A stretch of DNA of 63,713 nucleotides, the filler included, from Octopus bimaculoides (lineage: Eukaryota), in the NCBI RefSeq assembly GCF_001194135.2. It is 9 parts of 9 records of this genome, joined end to end, with 100 filler letters (N's around TTAATTAATTAA, not from the genome) between each part and the next. Parts side by side here need not be neighbours in the genome. Positions count along the whole stretch, not along the records: positions 47,156 to 51,852 come from NC_068982.1; positions 51,953 to 55,042 come from NW_026330028.1; positions 55,143 to 56,695 come from NW_026332418.1; positions 56,796 to 62,364 come from NW_026388601.1; 5 more parts are not named here. One strand, 5' to 3'. Within the stretch, counting starts at the first letter, position 1; each line of letters begins with the position of its first letter. Made by a program: the position numbers and the translations under genes. Shown here one piece after another: positions 49,479 to 61,959 of this stretch. Below the pieces are notes generated by a model that saw nothing but the letters and a program-made list of their open reading frames with translations, had not been told where the DNA came from and did no database searches.

Positions 49479-49981
49479 ATTTCACCAGAGTATAAATACC
49501 TATAATGGTGAAATTTAAAAAAAAAAAATTGATTTTATTTTTTTAATCTAACATACATATTTCCCGATAAGCAAGTGGTCATATTATTCATATCCTACAA
49601 CGAGCTACAGTTCGTTTGCTTCACCTGACATCATTGAAAGCACTTCTCAAATTTTATGCAATATTTTTTTATAATTATTTCATTTTGTTCACCTTCTTTT
49701 TCATATGAATCGAACATCGTCTACTTGTGTATAGATCAATGTGTACCTATGCACGTAGATACGTGTGGGTACACACATACATGTATACATACACGCATAA
49801 ATACATGCATAGATATGCGACCGAGTGTGTATGTGCGCGCGCATGTCTATGTACAGTCATGGATTCGGGGGTTTTGTTTATTTACGAGTTGATTTCTAAA
49901 TTTCACCGCAGTATAAACACCTATAATTATGATACTTTAAAAAAAAATTAATCGAACATACAAATTTCCCGATAAGCAAGT
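49479..49981 (+). repeat. Diverged direct repeat (49479-49576 and 49900-49981)
   Basis: tttcacc..agtataaa.acctataat...aacataca.atttcccgataagcaagt occurs twice. Confidence 0.75.
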
Positions 49982-51602
49982 TTAGTCAAGCACTTGCACA
50001 GCTTAATTCAGTTCAACTATTAAGTATGGATAAGCAACGCATTGTAAGCCACACGATAATTTGCGAAACATTTTATCTGTGCGCAGGGTATACATCGCCC
50101 CTCCGATGCCTTTTGCTAAATTTTGGATTTCATGATGTTATCACTTTATCCATATAATCAACTTTCCATTTACCGTTGCACGCTGTGTCACATATTAGAT
50201 TTCAAAGTGATCCCAGAGTAATATGAGAGGAAATGTTTTGGTCAAGAACACAGCGGACCGCTCAGTCCAGGAATCGAAAGTTTCTGTTGCCACTCTGTAT
50301 TTCGGGTTTAGGTTTACAGAACACAGACTCTGAAAATTACGCTATACATGAATATTTTATTGCAAACTGTAGCTTCAGAAACTGTCCCTTTGATCAGTTT
50401 TTCCCCTCCGTTCTTCAGACGATTTTGAAACGCGGAACATAAGAAATATAATTGAAACAAAACACTGTTTAGAGATGAAAGAATACAAATATGGCAAAAG
50501 TGTAAAGAAGGAAACAGTATGTGTGTGTGTGTGTGTGTGTGTTTGTGTGTGTGTCTGTGTGTGTGTGTGTGTGTGTGCGTACTTACACACATGATTGCCT
50601 CAGTAAGTAATGCAGTTTTTGTTTGCATTACTTTTTAACTATCTTCATATGATGAGGAGGTGCCTGTATCTTTATGTGTGAGCGCTTGTGTGTTTGTGTG
50701 TACATCTCTTTGTGCCTGTGTTTGTATGTATATCTCTTTGTGCCTGTGTCTGTCCGTGTGTATGGGTGTTCATGTATATGTTTGTATAGGGAAATATATT
50801 ATACATGCATAAAAGATAGCGAAAAAACAGCGGTAAAAATGGTGAATTTTAACCATTAAATTCATAAAGGAAATGGAGAAAATATGTAAATTTAAATTAT
50901 TAAAACCCTAATGTACAAACAAAATAATACTAAAAATGAGGAATGAATAAAATTTTTAAAACATGTACCGGTGAAATGGTTACGCATGTAAGGAAAAATA
51001 GAATTGTTTGTTTCTCCTTTTTTACCGTGGAGATTATTCGTGAAGCAATAAATAGCTGCCAACAAATATTTAGCATCGTATCAACAGGATGCTTTTCATT
51101 TAAATCTTACGCTTGACGTCCGATAGTCTTAGACACCGTTTACACCGAATTTTCGAATGCAAGATTCTAAGATTTTGCGCTAGTGGATATTCTATGCTCT
51201 GAATACCGTAATAAATCCGTTTAACAATCGGATATGCATGGGAAAATTGACGAAAAACGACAATTGTTAGGAGCAATAAAATTATGCGCAAAATTAGCAG
51301 TGTTGATCTAATCAACTGCGGAAGCGAACAATTTTGAAACGAAAGTAGCAAAGTTATATTAATCTTATCAATGCCTGAAGATAGATATGCTCTGCTAGAA
51401 AAATGTAAATGTAAAGAAATCGAGAAAACTCTGGGATTCTGCTTAAACTCTGAGTTGATTTCTACCCTAAGATATTTCTTTGTCACCTCTTTCCATTTGG
51501 ACCCTATGCCAGATTACATACATGCGTATATTCATACACGCACACACGCAGAAACACACACACAAACAAACATATATATATGTGTGTGCGTGTGTGTATG
51601 TG

Positions 51603-51852
51603 GAGGGGCGTGGTTTAGTGGTTAGTGTGTCATCATCATGATCTTGAGATTGTGGTTTCGATTCCTGGGCCGTTGTGTTCTTCAGCAAACACTTCATTTC
51701 ACGTTGCTCCAGTCTACTCAGCTGGAAAAGGTGAGTAACGCTGCGATGGACTGGCGTCCCGTCCAGCTGCGGAAGACATACGCCATAGAAACCGGGAAAC
51801 CGGGCCCATGAGCCTGGCTAGGCTTTAAAAAAGGGCGCATTTATTTTATACT
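51603..51852 (+). mobile_element. SINE, family D-related subfamily
   Basis: ggcgtggtttagtggttag...gtttcgattcc...cacttcatttcacgttgctccagtctactcagctg...gcgatggactggcgtcccgtccag. Confidence 0.85.
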
Positions 51853-51952
51853 NNNNNNNNNNNNNNNNNNNNNNNNNNNNNNNNNNNNNNNNNNNNTTAA
51901 TTAATTAANNNNNNNNNNNNNNNNNNNNNNNNNNNNNNNNNNNNNNNNNNNN
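51853..51952. other. Artificial scaffold join
   Basis: N44-TTAATTAATTAA-N44. Confidence 0.95.
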
Positions 51953-51969
51953 TATATATACATATATAC

Positions 51970-52000
<31 letters not shown>

Positions 52001-52001
<1 letters not shown>

Positions 52002-52201
52002 GATGAAATGTTCAATTAACTATATTCAATATGAATCTTTACATTAATGTAACTATTTCTAATTTTAATTCATTGGACATGGAAATGATTGTAGGTTGTA
52101 TGAGTTTGATATTGTTCAAAATAGGATTTGTTTTAATAGATCGATGTCTATATATCACTTTTTCCATTTTCTTTTTCCTATATATATAAATATATAGATA
52201 G

Positions 52202-52255
<54 letters not shown>

Positions 52256-52977
52256 TAAATTCAAATTACGATGAAAGTAAACGAAGTTTGCTTTAGAAGC
52301 CAACACATTTTTCTGCAAAATATGGGCAGTTTATCTTGTTCATGGTATATTATTAGCATTATCCTGCGTTTGAGATTAAAACTATTTCCTTATCTTTCAA
52401 TACATCTCAACACTTCTAAAGCAAACTTTGTTTACTTTCATCGTAATTTGGATTTAACATACGATAGCATCTTATAAAGCTAGATTTATATATCCTAAAT
52501 TTGCAAAAGAATTTTTCATTGGGTCAGTTTAGTTTAAGAGTAAAGCACTGGATGCATAATCACAGGGATGTGAGTTTGAGTTTCATGGTTGGCCGCCAGC
52601 ACATTTTTCTATTCAATAGTGAATTAAAAGCAGCACTTGTGTTGTAAGCATTATTTCCTGCTTGTATTCAGTGTATGTGTTTTAAACTATAAATGGTTTT
52701 TAAAATACATTAGAATGCACAAGTGCACATACCTGAATTTAATGCTGAGTCTACCAGTGATCAATCAACAGATAGTGATGTTGTTTTTTTCAATCAAGTT
52801 CTGACCCTGATGAAATGCTCAATTAACTATATTCAATATGAATCTTTAATTTAAGGTAACTATTTCTAATTTGAATTCATTGGACATGGAAACGATTGTA
52901 GGTTGTATGAGTTTGATATTGTTCAAAATAGGATTTGTTTTAATAGATTGCTGTCTATATGTCCCTTTTTCCATTTT
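52001..52977 (+). repeat. 170-bp direct duplication (52001-52170 and 52808-52977), ~90% identical
   Basis: Direct comparison; each copy is followed by (TA)n/(CA)n. Confidence 0.9.
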
Positions 52978-52996
52978 NNNNNNNNNNTTCCATTTT

Positions 52997-53040
<44 letters not shown>

Positions 53041-53053
53041 TATATACACACAT

Positions 53054-53114
<61 letters not shown>

Positions 53115-53864
53115 AATTTTCTAAGGTAAGTGACAGAACTACAACCATACTTGGTTTATTGGATTTCTTATTAGACGAGACTAAAATGAAAATCAAGATT
53201 TTCTTTGAATATGCTCTAATAAATTGTACTAAATTTCACACTATTCTCTGACCTAGTTTTACTTTCAACCTACTCATATATTGTTTGAACAGCTTTCATG
53301 TAATTAATCTAAGCCCACCTTTTATGTAACTAACCTGACTACAAACCAAGATATCCTGTCTTAAAAACCTCAACAAATACAAGATAAAATACTATGTATT
53401 TATCAGTAACCAATTTGTGTTTGTCTTACTATCAGAACTATTGAATTTATAGTTCCACATTCTGGTAGGATTCCAGAAATTAATCCTGCTCAATTAATTC
53501 TGCCAAGCACTAACTTCACTGATTTTCCTTCTCACCACTTTCATAACTTGAAGAAATATTACCTTGAGACACCTTTAATTTTTCTTCTGTGGAACAGCTT
53601 CACCATTTTAACATTTCATATTGGCAACAATCGCTGGAAATAATATTGCCTCACTCAATATAATTGAAAGACTAGTTTGGTGCAAACTCCATCTGATATT
53701 TTCAGTATTTCAGTAACAAAGTTAAAAGTGACTAAATTTTTGGTGCCTGATTAAACAACTTAATAATAAGTATTAAAGAAAGACATTTTATTTCATCTGA
53801 GGTGAAAGAAAACTAATTAAATAAATTATATCATGTTAAGTGAGTCGCAAAGGTTTGTGGCCAA

Positions 53865-54065
53865 GTGGATAGGGTGTTGCACTCACAATTGCAAGATCAT
53901 AGTTTCAATTCCTGAGCCAGGTGGTATGTTGTATTCTTGAGCAAAACACTCTCAGTAAATGAGTAACACTGTGACTGCCTGGTGTTCTGTTCAGTGGGAA
54001 TGTTGTGATCTCAATACCTTCTATGCCATGGAAACTGAGTAACCAGTCTAATGTATCCTAAGACT
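53865..54065 (+). mobile_element. Decayed SINE, family D-related
   Basis: gtggccaagtggatagggtgttgcactcac...tttcaattcctg...ttcttgagcaaaacact. Confidence 0.7.
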
Positions 54066-54254
54066 TAAGGCAGTAAGATCCTGAGGTTGTTGATGATGAT
54101 GATGATAATAATAAGCAACTTGATTCTTACTGCTATAAAATCTCAGGATTTCTGAGATGATTCAAATGATCACCAGATATAAAAAAAAACAAAAAAACTT
54201 TTAACTATACCTGGAGTTGTTTCTGTGGAAATGTCAAGCCATGGAGAAATATTA

Positions 54255-54375
54255 CATTGCTCTGGTTGGCTATAGGAAGGGCATCTGGCTGTGAAAAATC
54301 TGCCTTGATGAACTCTGTCTGATCCATGCAAGCATGGATAAGTAGACATGAAAACAATGATGATGTTGTTTGTTG
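54255..54375 (+). mobile_element. RTE-type 3' tail fragment
   Basis: tggttggctataggaagggcatctggctgt...gatccatgcaagcatgga...aacaatgatgatg. Confidence 0.6.
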
Positions 54376-54778
54376 TTGTCGATGATAATGATGATAATGA
54401 TGATGAACGAATATAGAGCAGGTGGTATATTAGCAGCATATCCAAATTACACTCTTAAAATGAATGGCAAGGGAGAAAAGTGGGAACAAAAACTTATAGT
54501 GTCAAGCAGTCTATTTCTGTGAGGATTAACTGTTTCTTGGAGGATTAAAAGTGAGACGGAATTCTGTCACACCTGCTCTGACTTATTCTTTATTAGTTAT
54601 AAGAAATATAACTTACAGAAAGGAAAAGAAATTTCTATCATCAGCCTATAAATTATATATTGCTCACATATTTTGCTTCTTATAAAAATAGTAAAATAAT
54701 GGCCTTTGTGATAATGGTTAAAAGAGACTAAACAATTGAAAACCTAAAGAACTGTCTCATTATTACATGAAAATCACA

Positions 54779-54960
54779 GGCAGTGAGCTGGCAGAATCGT
54801 CAGCATGCCAGGCAAAATGTTTCACAACATTTTGTCTGTCTTTATGTTCCTAAGTTCAATTTCCATTGAAATCAACTTTGCCTTTCATCCATTCGGGAAC
54901 AATATAATAAGTATCAGCTGAGCACATGGCTCGATGTAATCAACTTAGATCTTCCCCTGA
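54779..54960 (+). mobile_element. SINE family B
   Basis: ggcagtgagctggcagaatcgtcagc...aagttcaatttcc...tttgcctttcatcc. Confidence 0.8.
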
Positions 54961-55042
54961 ACTTGCTGTCATAGGATCACGGTTTTGATTCTCAGACCAG
55001 GCTTTGTGAGTGTTTATTGAGCGAAAACACCTAAAGCTCCAC

Positions 55043-55142
55043 NNNNNNNNNNNNNNNNNNNNNNNNNNNNNNNNNNNNNNNNNNNNTTAATTAATTAANN
55101 NNNNNNNNNNNNNNNNNNNNNNNNNNNNNNNNNNNNNNNNNN
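55043..55142. other. Artificial scaffold join
   Basis: N44-TTAATTAATTAA-N44. Confidence 0.95.
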
Positions 55143-55631
55143 TAGAATGGTTGGAGAAGGGTGGTAAATATAAAAGTAAATAAATAAAATAACAGAGCTA
55201 AAAAGAAGGGGGATAAGAAAAAACCTAAAAGTAGAAAAAAGAGAAATAAAGAGAAATAAAGATAGATAGAGATAAAGAAATCTAAAAGGGTGAGGTCGTA
55301 AATGACAGACATACATCAACTTAAAGGATAAAGATATTACAATGTATATTACAATGGATATTACAATGGGCAATACCAAGTGGACTCCCACTTTTTATCT
55401 CTCATGTTTATCTTTTACTTTTTTCTTGGTGACTTCTTCTTTGTGATATAATACTTGGGAAAGAATATATTTGCGGCTGAAGATAGTTTTATACCATCCT
55501 GTCTATCAATTATATACCCATATAATGATGCAACGAATATAAAGCTTGAAATACGTGTACCGCGGTATCCTTTGTGTTCTGTTTTTACTTTTACGTTTTT
55601 GATTTATATATATACATACATATATATAAAC

Positions 55632-55674
<43 letters not shown>

Positions 55675-56597
55675 CATATATATATGCCTACATACATATA
55701 CATATATATATATGTGTGTCTGTGTGTGTGTGTTTTTATATTATTAATAAATTTTAGACTTATTAAATTTTAGACTTTATAACATTCATGCTCAATTACG
55801 CATAAATTTTTATATGATTTATATTCACATGTATCTTTATCTACATTCATATTTTTATATATATTTATATTTATATTTCGTATATCTTTAAATTTATTAT
55901 ATAACCATGTTATATTGGATATATATCTTTCGAAATTTAAATATTAAATATTGATTTCCTGCGAATTTTATTGATAATTTTATGAATTTATTAATAATAT
56001 AAAAACACATAAATATATATATATATTTATTTGCTCAAAATAATAGAGCACTTAATATAAGTTCAGTTACATATTCTTTTAGAATATTCCTTATAAAAGT
56101 TATACATACATATATACATATACATACATATATACACATACATACATACATATACATACATATATACATATACATACATACATATACATACGTACATATA
56201 TATATATATATACATACATACGTATACATACATACATATACATACATACATGTACATACATGCATATATATGCATATATATACATATACAGATACATATG
56301 TATAAACATATATATACATACATATATATATGTATACTTTTATTCTTTTAGTCAATTAGTTGATTCAGACATCTGACTGCGGCCATATTGAGTTTTCCTG
56401 GGGCAGAAAACATCAGTAGCATAATCATGTTAGCAATTATATGTTATAATTCCTTACTGTTTTTATCTCGCTCATAGATTTTTAATAGCTTTTTTCTCAT
56501 TTTTCGAAATCAGCAACAGATTGTCGCTGGAAAAATCATATAGATCTTTACGAGTGGAATAAGTTTTCAACACTAGCTTCTAACTACCTAGAAGCTT

Positions 56598-56695
56598 GAG
56601 GCGGCGAGCTGGCAGAAACGTTAGCACGCAGGGCGAAGTGCTTTTCGATATTTCGTCTGCCGTTACGTTCTAAGTTCAAATTCCGCCGAGGTCAA
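56598..56695 (+). mobile_element. SINE family B head, cut by the join
   Basis: gaggcggcgagctggcagaaacgttagcacg...aagttcaaattccgccgaggtc. Confidence 0.88.
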
Positions 56696-56795
56696 NNNNN
56701 NNNNNNNNNNNNNNNNNNNNNNNNNNNNNNNNNNNNNNNTTAATTAATTAANNNNNNNNNNNNNNNNNNNNNNNNNNNNNNNNNNNNNNNNNNNN
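56696..56795. other. Artificial scaffold join
   Basis: N44-TTAATTAATTAA-N44. Confidence 0.95.
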
Positions 56796-57057
56796 ATATA
56801 TATATATATACACACAGACAGACACATACCACAGACATGATGTCTGTTACATCTGATCCATGTATCACGTGACGTAAGAGGATCTTGCGAGAACCGAACG
56901 CAGAAATAACAGCGAGGATGAGGGCACCTAAGAGCATCTCTGTGAGTAGTCTAGTTGCCAGAAATAACAACTAAAACTCAATCAATAGTCCTGAAGTTTA
57001 GTAAACAACGAAGTACAGAATAGTGAATATTTCGGGCCTTGTAGAAAAGGATATATA

Positions 57058-57220
57058 TATACGACGGGCTTCTTTCAGTTCCCGCCTACCAAACCTCACT
57101 CACAAGACTTTAGTCGGGCCCGAGGTCTTAGTAGAAGACACTTGTAAAGGATGCCACGCAGTGGGACTGAACCCGGAGCCATGCGGTTGGGAAGAAAAGC
57201 ATCTTACCACACAGCCATGC
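57058..57220 (-). mobile_element. SINE family A head
   Basis: acgacgggcttctttcagtt...gtagaagacacttg...gccacgcagtgggactgaacccggagccatg...ccacacagcca. Confidence 0.88.
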
Positions 57221-57440
57221 TTGATATCACCATTAATCGGCAGAAGTCACAGAGTGACTCAAGGGCCGATGGTTTCCGTTCATTGACACTTGTCAAACCA
57301 GAACGAAAATCTATAACAAACAAAATTCAAGCGCTGACCAAGACCAGAATAGATGGTCACATTTGGAACGTTTCTGTTCAAATGCTCTTAGATATGTTAT
57401 GAGATTTAACTGGCTCCTCCATCACCAAGCCAGAACGAAA

Positions 57441-57611
57441 GATTATTTTCTACTTTAGGCACAAGGCCCAGAATTGTTGGGGAGGGGATAAGTTGATTAG
57501 ATAAACCCCAGTATGCAACTGGTACTTATTTGATCGACCCCGAAAGGATGAAAGGCAAAGTCGACCTCGGCGGAATTTGAACCCAAAACGTTTCTGCCAG
57601 CTCGCCGCCTT
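57441..57611 (-). mobile_element. SINE family B inserted in the array with a 10-bp TSD
   Basis: CAGAACGAAA at both 57431-57440 and 57612-57621. Confidence 0.9.
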
Positions 57612-58365
57612 CAGAACGAAATATTTTAACAAGCGAATACAAGCTCTGACAAAAATCAGAATGGATGGTCACTTGGAAAGTCTCTGGTTGCGTGAATGCT
57701 CTATCAGATTGGTATGAGGTTACACCACAACAAGAACAACCAACACCACCAGCAAAGCAGAGCGAAAAAAATATAAGAGCAAACCAAACTCTGGATCGAA
57801 TCTGAATTGATGGTCACGCTTGGAACGCCTATGTTCATGTGAATGCTCTAACAGATCAGATAATAGGGTTAAACATACAACCATCGCCACCACCACCACT
57901 ACAAGAGAGCGAAAAACTATAACAATTGAAAACCAAGTTCTGATCCAAATCTGACTAGATCGTCACATTTGGAACGTCTCTTGTCACGTGATTGCTCCAT
58001 TACATTGATATTAGGCTAAACCACAACTAAAACCACCACCACCAGACCAGAACGAAAAATATAACTAGTGAAACCCAATTTCTGGATCAAATCTGAAAAG
58101 CTGGTCACGTTTGGAAGGTCACTGGTCACGTGAATGCCTCAGTCGATCTGATATCAGGCTAAACAACGAACACAACTACGGCCGACCCAACCACAATACG
58201 AGGACGGAAACATATAACAAGCGAAAACAACGCGCGTGGACAAAATTTGAATAGACGGTCACGTTTAGAGTGTCTGTGGTCAAGTGACAACCTTGCTAGA
58301 TCTGATGATAGATTAAACGCGACCGCTATCATCATTAACACTGCTACCACCAAACTAAAACGAAA

Positions 58366-58717
58366 TACGGATCTATTTTAAAACGGGGGCGCCAGTTTTC
58401 ATTTATGTTTTATGTAGTGTTTTTGGTACGGAAAGACTTTCAAACTTCGTATACTTATCTATTTTGTGTTATAGAACAGAAAAATATTTTTGTATTCGAA
58501 TTTATTTCATGTAAAAAATTGTCTTATTTCGATAATTTCTACTAATCACTGACGTCTATTCAGTTGAAAACAGTTAGCGCTGTAACGGTGTATATCGTAT
58601 TAATCCCCTAACCCTAACCCTAACCCTAACTAGACTGTTAACCGTAACCCTAACCCTAACCCTAAAACTAACCCTAACTCGAGAATCCGAACTCTAAAAT
58701 TGTTGCACACATAGATA
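58366..58717. mobile_element. Probable non-autonomous DNA element containing (CCCTAA)n telomere-type repeats at 58606-58678; right end lost in the gap
   Basis: Abrupt switch from the array to TA-cggatctattttaaaacgggggcgcc...; about 9 CCCTAA-like units in two blocks. Confidence 0.55.
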
Positions 58718-61067
58718 NNNNNNNNNNNNNNNNNNNNNNNNNNNNNNNNNNNNNNNNNNNNNNNNNNNNNNNNNNNNNNNNNNNNNNNNNNNNNNNNNNN
58801 NNNNNNNNNNNNNNNNNNNNNNNNNNNNNNNNNNNNNNNNNNNNNNNNNNNNNNNNNNNNNNNNNNNNNNNNNNNNNNNNNNNNNNNNNNNNNNNNNNNN
58901 NNNNNNNNNNNNNNNNNNNNNNNNNNNNNNNNNNNNNNNNNNNNNNNNNNNNNNNNNNNNNNNNNNNNNNNNNNNNNNNNNNNNNNNNNNNNNNNNNNNN
59001 NNNNNNNNNNNNNNNNNNNNNNNNNNNNNNNNNNNNNNNNNNNNNNNNNNNNNNNNNNNNNNNNNNNNNNNNNNNNNNNNNNNNNNNNNNNNNNNNNNNN
59101 NNNNNNNNNNNNNNNNNNNNNNNNNNNNNNNNNNNNNNNNNNNNNNNNNNNNNNNNNNNNNNNNNNNNNNNNNNNNNNNNNNNNNNNNNNNNNNNNNNNN
59201 NNNNNNNNNNNNNNNNNNNNNNNNNNNNNNNNNNNNNNNNNNNNNNNNNNNNNNNNNNNNNNNNNNNNNNNNNNNNNNNNNNNNNNNNNNNNNNNNNNNN
59301 NNNNNNNNNNNNNNNNNNNNNNNNNNNNNNNNNNNNNNNNNNNNNNNNNNNNNNNNNNNNNNNNNNNNNNNNNNNNNNNNNNNNNNNNNNNNNNNNNNNN
59401 NNNNNNNNNNNNNNNNNNNNNNNNNNNNNNNNNNNNNNNNNNNNNNNNNNNNNNNNNNNNNNNNNNNNNNNNNNNNNNNNNNNNNNNNNNNNNTAGATGG
59501 TCACGTTTGGAACGTCTTTAGTCAGGTGATTGCTTCATTAGACTTGATATTAAGTTAAAAACACGACCCCCCCCCACCCACCGCACAACCACCATCAAAC
59601 CAGAACGGAAAATCATGACCAGTGAAAACCAAGCTCTTGACAAAGATCAGAATAGTTTGTCACGTTTGGAACGTCCCTGGTCATGTGACGGCCCCCAGAT
59701 CTGATATTAAGCTACACGACGACCACCACCACTGCAATCACTACAACCGCGGCTACTTCCACCACTACCACCAAACCAGAATGAAAATGTGTAACAGGCG
59801 AAAACAAGCTGTGACCAAAATCAGAAGAGAAGGTCGCGTTTGAACGTCTCTGGTCAAGTGATACGCTAAACTACATCCGCGACCCCCACCACAGCCACAA
59901 TGAAATGCGAGAACAAGCGAAAAACAAGATGTTGCAATTTTGTTTTCAATGTCGTCTGCTTCGTAATGGCTGACTCCTCTTCTATCTCATAGCGTGTCAA
60001 ATTTACACAGGGTAAAGTGATAGGGTTAGTTTCCTGCCCGTACACACAAATATGGCCTGTTTGGCTTCCGTGGCGAGCTATTTCAGTGAAATTTGAATAA
60101 TGGAAGGTTAGGGGTCGACACGAAAACACGCTCTGCAATGCGAGTTATCTTATCTGTTTTCATTCATTCATACATACATACATTATATTATATATATATA
60201 TATATATAGGTACATACATACATACATTATATTATATATATATATATATATATAGGTACATACCTACCTATCTCCAAACATACATAAATACATACTTGTA
60301 AACGTATATATATATACGTAATGTATATGCATTAACCCTGAAAGTGAGTTTGTACGACCTGTAAATATACGGTTCTAACATGAGAGTATGTGTGTATTGG
60401 ATATGTACGTGTTTGTTGTATATGAGGGCGGTACGGTGTACGAGTGGGTGAGCATATATATGAGCGTGCTTATGTGTATATGTATGTGTCTGTAAATATG
60501 TGTGTCTATGTATGTATATGTGTGTGTGTATGTGAATATATNNNNNNNNNNNNNNNNNNNNNNNNNNNNNNNNNNNNNNNNNNNNNNNNNNNNNNNNNNN
60601 NNNNNNNNNNNNNNNNNNNNNNNNNNNNNNNNNNNNNNNNNNNNNNNNNNNNNNNNNNNNNNNNNNNNNNNNNNNNNNNNNNNNNNNNNNNNNNNNNNNN
60701 NNNNNNNNNNNNNNNNNNNNNNNNNNNNNNNNNNNNNNNNNNNNNNNNNNNNNNNNNNNNNNNNNNNNNNNNNNNNNNNNNNNNNNNNNNNNNNNNNNNN
60801 NNNNNNNNNNNNNNNNNNNNNNNNNNNNNNNNNNNNNNNNNNNNNNNNNNNNNNNNNNNNNNNNNNNNNNNNNNNNNNNNNNNNNNNNNNNNNNNNNNNN
60901 NNNNNNNNNNNNNNNNNNNNNNNNNNNNNNNNNNNNNNNNNNNNNNNNNNNNNNNNNNNNNNNNNNNNNNNNNNNNNNNNNNNNNNNNNNNNNNNNNNNN
61001 NNNNNNNNNNNNNNNNNNNNNNNNNNNNNNNNNNNNNNNNNNNNNNNNNNNNNNNNNNNNNNNNNGA

Positions 61068-61830
61068 GTTTTGTTGGTCTCTCGCTCAACTGCACTTCAC
61101 ACATAATAATCAAGTGGGCTGCAGTCTGGGGAGTTGGGTGGCCAGATGTTAGGGGTGATGTGGTCGCAGAAATTGTCTGACAGCCATGACTGGGTTCTCC
61201 TGCTTGTGTGGCATAGTGCAGAGTCCTGTTGCCAGACATAGGGTCTTCCAGCAGCAGCCCTGTTGATCAAGGGCAGCACTAACTCCTCCAGGCACTTGAT
61301 GTAGGCCTCCGTGTTGAGTCTGAGGCCGTGTGGGAAGATGAATGGCGGCATCACTAGTGATCCCTCCAAAGGCCATGATGTTGACTGGATGGTTGATTTT
61401 TATCACTCTCGGTATATGCTTTGGGGGCATGGCAAGCCAACGGTTCTATGTGTTCACCATCTGATCCTAGCAGAATTTTTTCTCGTCTGAGAAAAATCAA
61501 AGCATGTTTGGTTGGAGGAGATGCTTGAGTTTGTTCAAAAGCTTCCTGGCGCACGCAGTCTTTCCGCTTGTCCTTGATGGCTTGGGATTAAAAAAAAATT
61601 GGCCCTTTCTCATCTTGTATGAGGAATACCGAATGTCTTCATGCACTACTTGCCTGATAAGAAACTCAGACATTTCCATGTCCCTAGTGATGGATCTCAT
61701 TGACTTAGGGGGTCAATCATGGCATCTCACCAACAAGTTCACTTCTTTTCTTATCAGAATGATCAGTGAGAGTTTTCCGAGCTGCCGTACGTTCATAATC
61801 ACCATCATGCTGAGAATGGCTCTGAACATT
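61068..61830 (-). mobile_element. DD37D (maT/Bmmar1-like) transposase, decayed
   Basis: FFSDEK..., YVWQQDSA-(37 aa)-PNSPDCSPLDYYV; frameshifts upstream. Confidence 0.92.
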
Positions 61831-61831
61831 A

Positions 61832-61950
61832 ATCAGCCCCTACACAGACACTCTAGAAGAGGGAGACCGAGGATGAGATATATTGATGCCTTAAGAACAG
61901 ACACTGGTCTCTAGGAGACGCAGGACATGGCAATGACGATGAGAAGATAC
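61832..61950 (+). mobile_element. RTE/RTE-X LINE ORF C-terminal fragment
   Basis: PLHRHSRRGRPRMRYIDALRTDTGL resembles the R-S-RGRP...Y-D-L-DTGL C-terminus of RTE-group LINEs. Confidence 0.6.
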
Positions 61951-61959
61951 GGATGAATT

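Larger units (their letters stand above)
57295..59930 (+). repeat. Diverged tandem array of ~130-175-bp units (at least 9 units; 57295-58365 and 59494-59930), interrupted by two insertions and a gap
   Basis: The core gatggtcac(g)tttggaacgtc.ctggtca.gtga...agat.tgatat.ag..taaac...(ACC)n aaaccagaacgaaaa recurs at 57352, 57664, 57809, 57958, 58100, 58254, 59496, 59655 and 59829. Confidence 0.9.

Noticed and set aside
51100-51486. 128-aa minus-strand ORF
   Set aside because: No recognisable domain, GTG start and no splice support; treated only as part of a possibly decayed coding island.
58606-58678. Chromosome end or telomere
   Set aside because: Short, interrupted, internal, and embedded in another element within a tandem array.
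57295-59930. CRISPR-like repeat-spacer appearance
   Set aside because: Whole units are homologous with no unique spacers, there are no cas genes, and the context is eukaryotic.
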